The notes beneath the pieces are model-generated. The model saw nothing but the letters and a program-made list of their open reading frames with translations, was not told where the DNA came from and did not search any database. A program made the position numbers and the translations under genes. A stretch of 44,260 nt of DNA, filler included, from Jimgerdemannia flammicorona (Eukaryota), in assembly GCA_003990765.1 (NCBI GenBank). It is 2 parts of 2 records of this genome, joined end to end, with 100 filler letters (N's around TTAATTAATTAA, not from the genome) between each part and the next. Parts side by side here need not be neighbours in the genome. Positions count along the whole stretch, not along the records: positions 1 to 22,084 come from RBNJ01001338.1; positions 22,185 to 44,260 come from RBNJ01001339.1. One strand, given 5' to 3'. Shown piece by piece: positions 13,302 through 22,199 of this stretch. Position 1 is the first letter of the stretch; each line of letters starts with the position of its first letter.

Positions 13302-13338
13302 ACTTCCTCCTGAATGGATGGTCTCATCTCTGAGGCAT

Positions 13339-13800
13339 CTATTCAAACTCCCAGGCTTCAACAGTCTGTATGGTCTTGTACTGTGCAATTTGCTGCATAA
13401 CTGTTTCCCAATGATGTCTTCTTACTTTCTCGAAGTCGGTAGGGGTTACTCCTCTCAGGTGGTCTATCGCTGCTTTATCTTCTTGGAATAACTTGTGGAT
13501 CCTTTTGGCAATAGTGATCTGTGAGTGAGAGAGTTGACACTCAGCAATCCAGTCCTCCTTGGTCTTTGCTGGATCCTGATTGAGCACCTGTCCAAGCTTG
13601 AAGTACTCTTGGAATTCTGCGTGATATTGATAGGCTCTAAAGTGCGAGATCCAAGAGAGATGAGTCTGCACAATACTCTGGATATCCTCATAGAATGGCT
13701 CTATGGTTGGAGGCTCAGTGGTGTGCCATTGTCTTTCGATGGCTCTTTGGGCAGCACTAGTGATCTTGAGTGCCATTGCAGTACTTTTATTACTGGCCAT
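13339..13800 (-). CDS. Unknown 153-aa accessory ORF3 of B
   Basis: Open; homologous to 226-687; lies between integrase and PPT. Confidence 0.75.
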   Translation of the reverse strand: MASNKSTAMALKITSAAQRAIERQWHTTEPPTIEPFYEDIQSIVQTHLSWISHFRAYQYHAEFQEYFKLGQVLNQDPAKTKEDWIAECQLSHSQITIAKRIHKLFQEDKAAIDHLRGVTPTDFEKVRRHHWETVMQQIAQYKTIQTVEAWEFE

Positions 13801-14983
13801 GATATTTCTTGAGTTGGTTTTGGTGAATGGTGGTGGGAATTATTGTGCCTGAGGGTTTTCGTAGCCAAAAGATAGTCCCTTTTATATCTTGCACAAGGTA
13901 AGGTCCTTCCCACTTGGGCTCCAGTTTTCGTGACCATGAAGCTTCTACCATATTCCGATACACTAGGACTTTGTCTCCTATCTTGATAATCTCCAAGGGC
14001 TTGTGGGTCTTTTCCGCATTCCTCTGTTGTAGTGTCTGTGCCTTGGTAATGTAATTCTCGGCCTTCTTCCTGATTTGGTATAGTCTCCGTATTTCCATGT
14101 CCACATGTTTCCATATGGCCTCTCCATTGGATAATAGGGTTCCTTGAGAATATTCTTCTCCGAACAGCATTTCTCGAGGGGTAAAGTGGGTGCTTTGTGA
14201 TCGGATATCCCGGAGAGCAGATAATGCTATTGGCAGATAGTGATCCCAGTTCTCATAGTTATCACAGATCTTGGCGATAACATTCTTGAGAGTCTTGTTG
14301 GTCCTTTCTACTTGTCCATTTCCTTGAGGGTGATAGGCTGTGGTCCGAATGTACTGGATCTTGTACTTCTTGTAGAGAACTTCGAAGAACTGGTTCACGA
14401 ATTCAGTTCCTTTATCTGTAGTTACTTGTGTTGGGGTCTTGAACCGGCAGATGATTTCCTTGTGGAAGAAATCAGCGATTGACTGTGCATTGGCTTCCTT
14501 GAGGGGTCCTGCTTCTATCCATTTCGTAAAAAGGTCTACGATGACAATGATGTATCAGTTGCCAGTCAGAGTCAAGGGTAGGGGGCCAATTACATCCATT
14601 GCAATGTGGGCAAATGGTACTGGTTCTATGTGTGCTGATCCTGGCGCTTGATTTCGTTGGTCTTGTTTCTGTTTCTGGCATTTGTCACAGGTCTTGATGA
14701 ATTGTCTGATATCTTCCTCCATCCCTGGCCACCATATTGTTCTTCTTGCCTTGTTGTATGTATTTGTTCCTCCTAGATGGCCAAGTTCATGTACTGATTT
14801 CATTACTTGCTCCTTCTTGTGTTCTGGTATGACTAGTAGTTTTCCTTTCTTCAGTGTTTCTCCATCAGTTTCGAATTGTTTCCATGTCCTGTTGATAATC
14901 GTTTGTGTCCATTCCTCCAGATGTTGGGGCATCTTTCGCTGTCCCAGGTATGTGATGATTCCGTAGTAAAGCTCCTTATTCAT
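13790..14983 (-). pseudogene. Integrase of B (about 397 codons, one TGA stop), apparently its own ORF
   Basis: HELGH...CDKC zinc motif, MDVIGP / TDKGTEF / VERTN catalytic DDE, KWEGPY; starts MNKELYY in a different frame from RNase H. Confidence 0.9.
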
Positions 14984-15008
14984 GATTGATTTATTGGTTG
15001 GAGGTAGT

Positions 15009-17156
15009 TCAAGGTGTCTGTGAGAGAGTATCTGCATTGGAATTTGTTCTTCCAGGGCAGTGCACGATAGTTACATCATAGGCTTGTAACTTCATTATCC
15101 ATCTGGCATAGATTCCCTTGGGTTGTCTGGTTGTTAGTAGCCAGGTGAGAGCTGAGTGGTCTGTCTGGATGGTGAAGTGTCTTCCGGCCAGATAGTAGTG
15201 GAACTTTTCCACAGCCCAGATGACTGTGAGGCACTCCAGCTTGTAGGACTCGTATTCTTTTTCAGCTCCTCAGGTTCCGCGGCTAAGATATGCAATGACA
15301 TACTCTTTTTTGTCTTCTTTTTGAGCTAGGACTGCTCCTAGTCCCTGTGTGCTTGCATCTGTCTGAAGGATAAATTCCTGGGTCCAATTGGGTCATCTGA
15401 GGATAGGTGCCTGAGTTAGTCTAACCTTGAGTTTGTCAAATGCTTTTTGTTGTCTGCTGGTCCACTGGAACTTGGTATCCTTCTTGTTGAGTTCGTAGAT
15501 TGGGCCTGCGATATTGGAGAATCCTCTAATGAATCTGCGATAGTAGGAGGCAAGTCCCATGAAGGCTTGGGCTTCTGTGACGGTAGTGGGCCTTGGGTAT
15601 GCTGCCACCGCTTATATCTTGAGGGGGTCCGTGTGTGTTCCATCTTGATTGATGATATGGCCTAGATAGGAGATCTCGATTTCCGCAAACTTGCACTTCT
15701 TGGGTTTGATATAAAGGCCATGTTGTCTTAGTCTCTCCATTATCTGCTGTATGTACTGCAGATGTTCCTCGGCTATCTTGCTGTAGATGATTACATCATC
15801 GACATAGACCATCATCCATCTTCCCATGTCATAGCAGAAGATTTTGTTCATCATTCGCTGAAAGCTTGCTGGTGCATTGCACATTCCGAATGGCATTCGT
15901 AGGTAGATGTAGGTTCCATCTGGGGTGATGAAGGCTGACTTTTCACTTGCCACTTCTGTGAGTCCGATTTGGTGGAATCCTGAGTATAAGTCCAAGGTAC
16001 TGTAGTACTGTGCTTCATCTCCCAGTGTTATAAGGATGTTGCTGATGAGTGGTAGTGGTTGGCGATCCTTCTTGGTGACTGCATTGAGCTTTCTGTAGTC
16101 AACACAGAGCCTTGGGGCAAATTCTCCAGGTTTGCTTCCTTTTTTCAGGGCTAGTACAACTGGTGAAGACCAGGGGCTGCTGGCTTCTTTGATGATACCG
16201 GCTTCTTTCATCTGCTTGATTTCTTCTCTGAGCCATTCTCGGTAGGCTGGCGGGACAGGTCTTGCCTTCTGGTAAATTGGTTCGGTGTCTCCAGTATCTA
16301 CCTCATGATAGTAGTGTGGGGTCTTTCCCTTGATATCTTTGAAATCCGTGGCAAGGACATCCTCGAATTTGTGGAGTATTTTCTTGAGTTCCTCCTTGAG
16401 TGGGAATTCATCTCCAATGGTGTAACTGTGCTTGCTTGTGTTTTCCTCCTTCTTATGCTCGAGTTCAGTGATCTTAGTGCTGGTGAATACTCCTCTTCCT
16501 GTGGATCCGAATCCTTTCTTTCCTCTTTTTGTTTCCTCCAGATTCTTGACTTCTATGATTCTTGGCTGTATGATTGGGAAGATCAACATCTGTGTCAATC
16601 GGTCCTTCTTCTTGACTGGGAATGGAATTGTAGGATTGTGGTTCCTAGCAATGAGTAGAATTTCTCCAGTATAGTCTGAATCAATGACTCCTCCTTCGAT
16701 TGTGATTTCGCTTCTAGCCAGGCTGCTTCTTGTCTTGAGAATCCCGACATGATCCTTTGGGATGGTCATCTCCAGTCCCGTTGCAAGTAGGGTGGTTGTC
16801 TGGGGTTCGAGTACAGTTTCTTCTATTGTAGCAATGTCCATTCCAGCTGCATTTTCTGACTTGTATTCTGGCAAGACTGCGTCAGGGTGGATCTTTCGAA
16901 TCTTGACCTTGATTTCTTCTTCATTATCACTGTCCTCCAGGAGGGCTGGTGGTTCGTCATCTTCCTCCTTTTCTTCCTCTCTGATCTGTTTTTCGAGAGC
17001 TTTCTGGCTTCTTTCCTGGTAGATCTTCCTAGTTCTGATGGTGCACTGGTAGCAATTGTTGACATGCTCCATACAGTACATCTTGATTCCATGAGGATAG
17101 ACTCCTTGTGGGGCGTAGCCTTCTGTGATCTTCTTGCACCATTCTTCTTCGCTCAT
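15009..17156 (-). pseudogene. B pol: Cys/His module, dUTPase, reverse transcriptase, RNase H
   Basis: 514-aa ORF with CVDYRKLN, LDLYSGFHQI, MPFGMCNAP, YVDD; continues in frame through stops to TDASTQGLGAVL, TDHSAL, NADTLS. Confidence 0.95.
16497..16913 (-). CDS. dut: Intact trimeric-type dUTPase domain of B, between protease and RT
   Basis: All five motifs: AGMDI, RSSLA, GGVIDSDYTGEI, DRLTQMLI, RGKKGFGSTG. Confidence 0.95.
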
Positions 17157-17800
17157 TCATCCAACTTTCTTCTTCTTTGGGGTAGTCACTATATAAGCTT
17201 CCTCTTGCTTGCTCTCTTCTTCCTCTATATCGGGCAGGACTCCTTTGTTGACATTGATGGGAATTCGTATCTTCTGTCCCCGGTAGGTGATTTGCATCTT
17301 CTGGGCATTGAGATCAATTACTGCCTTGGCTTTGTGAAGCCATTGATTGCCGATGAGGATGTCATAGTTGGTGGCATTGGTTACGATTACATCTACTGGG
17401 ATTGTTGCTCCTCCGATCTTGATGGGAACATCTCGGATCTTTCCCAGAGGTGTGGCTCTTGTACCATCGGCTGTGATGAATACTAGCTTGGTTGCTTCTT
17501 CCACATCCCAACCTAGGTGGTCTGCTGCTTTCTTACTGAGGAGGCATCCTCCTGCTCCTGTATCAATGATGGCCTCGAAGATTCTATCTTTGATTTGGCA
17601 AGTTGCATAGGCAGAGGTTTTGCGATTGTCCTTGCTTTCTTCTCCTGAGTCCTCTTGAATATTATTGGCCTCAGTTATCTTCCATTCTTGTTCCTTGGTT
17701 GTTTCGGCAAGTCCAAACCTCATTTGCTGTCTGAATGTTGGGATTTCTGTGAGCTGACCAAAGGTTGCATTGACCTTCTGTTGACTGAGATCCTTAAAGA
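17157..17800 (-). pseudogene. Aspartic protease region of B
   Basis: AIIDTGAGG and DILIGNQWL; in frame with the downstream pol across a single TGA. Confidence 0.92.
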
Positions 17801-18972
17801 TACATATCATACTTGAAGGTCTTGGTCTTGCGAAGCTTCTTTTCTTTTTCTCCTTCACTGGCTGGAGTGGTTTCTTGGATGATATCTTGAACTACTTGCT
17901 CCAGCTCGATATCCTGGTCCATCTCTTTGGCTTGACTTCCTGTGGCAGTTTCCATCTGCTTTTCCACTGGGTTCTTCTTGGGTCTTCCTGGCGGTCTCTT
18001 GTAGGGTTCTTTGCGAACATTCTTCTTAGTGGTCTGAGCAGGATAGGCCTCCCATTCTTCTTCATCAGAATCTCCGATCTCCTCGAAGGTAATTATATTG
18101 ACCTGCTCCTTGTTTCGTGTGGTATTGCTTGGTTGAGCCTTGTGCTTGGTTTCACTCATGCATTCATAGGAGTAGTGGCCTTCTTCTCCACAGCTGTAGC
18201 AGGTACCTTTCTTCTTGTCTGAGGTGGCAGCAAACTTCTGAACAGGGCGGCAATCTCTTCCTCGGATTTCCTTTACCACATCTCCCAGGTGGGCAGTCAT
18301 TTCAGCAAACCTTTTGGTGAGTTCCTCTATAGGGTCGCTGTTCTTTTGCTGCTCAGTAGCTTTTGGCTGAGGTGTGTTTCGATTGATCATTGTGGTGGGG
18401 ATCACACTGGTTGCCTTGGGTGCCTCGATTCTGACTCCTGTAACTCTCTCTATTATATGGTCTTGTGGGTGTCTGGCTATCCAGTATCACTGGGCATAGG
18501 TGACCCTTTGTGGCAGATCCAGAATCACTGGTGATGAGCGGATGGCCATGGCTATTTCTGGATGGACTCCTTTCATGAAGGTTACTTCGGCTACTTGATC
18601 TCGGATAGCAGCAGCATAATCTGCGAGGATTATCTGATATCGAATTCTGGTATAGAATATGTTTGGATCCTCGCTCATTCTTTGGCATGTTGTGTTGAGC
18701 TGATCCTTCAGGGCTTGCTTGATCTCATCTGTGTAATATGTATTTTGGAGCCAGGTCTTCTGTGCTGTCAGTATAGCATCGGCATCATTTCCTGCATGAG
18801 TTGCGGCTGTGAATGCTGCTCTGGCAGGGCCTCATAGGCTGAAAGGCATGAGGGCTACTTGCTGTGCTGCTGTCAGTGTCCTTATGGCGGCATACTGCTC
18901 GAAATCATCAATGAAGGTGATGATTGATTCGTCTGAGGTATATCCATGGAATACTGGTGGTCTCATATCCAT
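17794..18972 (-). pseudogene. gag of B
   Basis: MDMRPPVFHG start, zinc knuckle CYSCGEEGHYSYEC, two internal TGA stops. Confidence 0.9.
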
Positions 18973-19067
18973 CTTGTCTGGGTATTGGGGCTCGGTTTGT
19001 ATGGTTGTTCAGGTGGTGGCGGTTGTTTGTTGTTCAACTTGAAAGTGAGGGATTCGTCTTGAATCAC

Positions 19068-19083
19068 CAGCCAATGGGCACCA
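19068..19083 (-). other. PBS of B
   Basis: TGGTGCCCATTGGCTG 3 nt after the 5' LTR; complementary to a tRNA ending GGGCACCA, identity unresolved. Confidence 0.75.
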
Positions 19084-19086
19084 AGT

Positions 19087-19561
19087 TGTAACATAGCGGA
19101 CGCTTACTCTTGAAAGTACATCGGATTTCTGTATCTTGAAACTTGACTGTTCTGACTCTCACAGAGTCTCTTGAAGTGGCAGGGGAGGGTGGGTGAGTTC
19201 GAAGTATATCTGCCCGCAGGCTTACTAGTTCCTTTGCTATCTCTTTGCTTTGAACTATTTCGATCTGAGGTTTATTCACTCGAAGATACTGGGTTATTTA
19301 TACAAGTTTGCTAGCTATGAGAGGGTGGCTAAGTAATAAATGAGTCATTTGGACTTTGTCGAAACATTTGGACAATATCTAAATGCTATACTAAATCGGG
19401 GTATTCAATTTGTATAATGTCTAAAATTTAGACAATGTCTAAGAAATTAGATGATGTCGAAATCGAGGACTGCTAACTATAATGCTATACTACTTTGGGA
19501 ATGGGTGCGATCAAGTGTCTATTCCCTATTTTCTTCTTCCAAATCTGGCTGTACCGTCACA
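19087..19561 (-). repeat. 5' LTR of B
   Basis: Direct repeat of 12827-13301. Confidence 0.97.
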
Positions 19562-20249
19562 ATAAGTAACTCTTCTAGTTTCTTCTTAATTATTTCAATC
19601 TCAAAAGATAATATAAATATATATTTCTTAGGTAGTATAGTTTCTGGGCTCAGTTTGATTTTATAATAAACTTCCTATATAGGAGGTAGACCAGGTAGCT
19701 TGTCTGGAAAGATATCCTTAGATTCTTCAAGCAATAACTTGATGTTTTTATTAATTGACAGCTTCTTATCTTATTTCTTAAGACAAACTATTGCAACAAA
19801 AGCATATACTGTCTTCTTAAGTACTTTTTTATATTGTATAAGTTTTGTTTATAGACTTGTCTATCTTAATAGTAATATTAACTTCTTCTTAAAATAGGGT
19901 AACTTCATTCTTATACTAATTAATATTCAGATTGTATTTAATAAGTCAGAGTTTTTCTAAGATCCAATTATAATCTCCTAGTAGTGTAACTTTGAAATCT
20001 ATTCACTCCTGATATTTCTGAATCTTGATGGGTAGTTTAGCTGCAATTGACTCAATATAATGTAGTATATTATCTATAGTAACTATGCTATCATTCTTGA
20101 GTACAAACTTGGTGAGAATCTTAAGGTTTTTGATGAGATTCTAGTTGATGAAGTTTTCTGCAGCTCTACTGTCTATGAGTACTTGAACTTCTTTTTCTTT
20201 AACTAGATCTTTATAACTTGAGCTCAGTTTTCAGTAAGACTTACTGCTT

Positions 20250-20660
20250 GATCATTGCTACTAAAACCTTTCTGGTCTTGCTTGATTTTAGATAGTTCTT
20301 AAACTTTTATAATCTTAAATTAACTGGCTTTTTTTAAGATCATTTGTACAACTCAGTCTTCTTTCTTAACTGTATAGTTCTGATTCTTCTGGTTGATAAG
20401 TAAGACTTGAACTTATTATTGATAATCTGAGTCAATAATACTAATACTAATATCTAAATAATATTTAATACTGAGTTCTGATTATAGTATAATTCTAGTA
20501 TAATGTCCTTTAGGACATTTGACTGCAATTCCAGGAGATACCAGAATTTGACCTTTGGCTGGAATAGTGACTTGCTTAACATAGTACAGCTTAAGACCAA
20601 TGGCTTCTTCTGATTAGTATTGAGGAATCTGGGCCTTTAGATGAAGCTTCTTGATCTTGA
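20250..20660 (-). pseudogene. dut: dUTPase domain of C2
   Basis: Collinear with 8100-8510; AIGLKL and QKGFSSND remnants. Confidence 0.75.
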
Positions 20661-21725
20661 GTTCAGATTAACTAGTAGTGAGGTTAATAGGTATGTCTTT
20701 GGACAATATGGTAACTGATCTTAAGAGTTTTCTAGTCTTCTTAGGATATTTGGTTATAATATATCCTATTTGGTAATAGAAATAATAAGCTCTAGATTTC
20801 TTCTGATAGTCTTTTTCTTCTGAGGTAAGCTTGGTATTCTTCTTATTTATAGTATTTAGATTTATTGGTACTGGGTCAATTGCTTTAGATTGGTTCTTAT
20901 GATATTTCTCAAATAGTTCTTCTTACAGTATTCTAGTTCAAAGTAGTTACTAGACATCAAAACTATCAGTAATTCTCATAGCTTCATTGAGAGTCTATAG
21001 CTCTTCTAGCTTGATCTTAACTTATGAATTTTCTTTCAGATCTCAGATATAGAAGGCTATCTTTTTATCTTCAGATATTGCTAGTAGTTTAAGTAGAATT
21101 GATAGGATTATGTATTATAACTTTGTATAGACTTAAGTTGCTAGATATTTACTAGCTTATCTCTGGCTAATTTAAGTAGTATTAGTTAGCTTGAACTACT
21201 GGTGAAAGGCCTCCTTGAAGGATTTCTAATCTTAGATTCTTATATTTGAATAGATAGTAGTAGTTATAATATAATTGTATTACTAAACAACTATATTTCC
21301 TTAGAGAAGTATAGTAGCAAATTGGACTTACATATCTTCTTTCATTCTTATAAGTTCAAAGTATTGATCTAACTGAAAGATTTATATATCTGTAGTTAGT
21401 CCTTCTTAGTGAATATCAAAGATGTCTAGCTTGAGTTACTTAAAGCTAACTGGTATAGTAGCAAAATATGATATTGCTGTAGTCTTTATTTTCTAATAGT
21501 CTATTTGTACTTAAAGTTATTGAATTTAATAGATCATAGTAATAATCATTTTCTCCAGATTGACTTATAATTTTATACTATCTGCTTTTTCTATTGCAGA
21601 GAGGTCTGAGTGATAGACTGGTTCTCTGTAGTTTATTTAGACTTATGTGACTAGTTGTAACTAATTTCTGAATTCATATAAGGTTTCTTAATAAGGCAAG
21701 ATATAATAATATCACTGCTATCAAG

Positions 21726-22084
21726 TAGTGCTCCTAACGAGTCAATTTAATCCGGATTGGATTCGGATTGATTCGGATTGAATCCCATCCGGATCAACTC
21801 GGATGGGATTCGAATCCCATCTGGATGGATTCGAATCGGATTCGAATCAACCATTGTTTTGATTTCCAAATTAAACAATTAAATGTTTACATCAATAATT
21901 TGATGAATAATCATCCAAATTTGATGATCTTGGTGTCATTTGAAAGCCCTTAATAAATCCTATCTAATGATACTAAGAACATTGAAATCGGATCATGCGT
22001 TGCTGAGTTATGAAGGAAAATGTCTGAATCGCCGATTTTGGAAATTCTTTGATTTGCCGATTTTGGAAATTTCGTCAAATGGAA
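21726..22084. mobile_element. Terminus of a young DNA transposon, hAT-like
   Basis: Starts TAGTGCTCC, then dense CGGATT/CGAATC/ATCCG repeats in both orientations; CpG-rich unlike its flank; runs into the gap. Confidence 0.55.
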
Positions 22085-22184
22085 NNNNNNNNNNNNNNNN
22101 NNNNNNNNNNNNNNNNNNNNNNNNNNNNTTAATTAATTAANNNNNNNNNNNNNNNNNNNNNNNNNNNNNNNNNNNNNNNNNNNN
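22085..22184. other. Artificial assembly linker
   Basis: 44 N + TTAATTAATTAA (stops in all six frames) + 44 N = 100 nt. Confidence 0.95.
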
Positions 22185-22199
22185 CCCCCTCCCCCTACC

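Larger units (their letters stand above)
12827..19561 (-). mobile_element. Full-length Ty3/Gypsy element B (6735 bp), relatively young, no chromodomain
   Basis: 475-bp LTRs differing at about 14 sites by manual count; 4-bp TSD ATAA (12823-12826 and 19562-19565) confirmed by the empty paralogous site near 7378; PBS and PPT present. Confidence 0.97.
3305..21725 (-). mobile_element. Chromovirus-type Ty3/Gypsy element C2, heavily decayed, split by C1 and B
   Basis: Segments 3305-3932, 10027-12826 and 19562-21725 join into a collinear homologue of C1 (LTR, PPT, chromodomain, IN, RH, RT, PR, dUTPase, gag, PBS). The 5' LTR is not seen. Confidence 0.9.

Noticed and set aside
13222..13491. Antisense 89-aa ORF also open in copy A (535-804)
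   Set aside because: Spans the LTR boundary and ORF3; conservation is explained by near identity of the copies.
17154..17159. TGA-ATG junction as programmed readthrough or reinitiation
   Set aside because: More simply CGA>TGA, like the other in-frame stops in B; other copies are needed to exclude it.
16305..18837. Plus-strand ORFs over B, e.g. 16887-17486
   Set aside because: Antisense shadows of the gag-pol frame.
22129..22140. TTAATTAATTAA palindrome, a possible piggyBac site
   Set aside because: Centred in symmetric N runs totalling 100 nt; an artificial linker.
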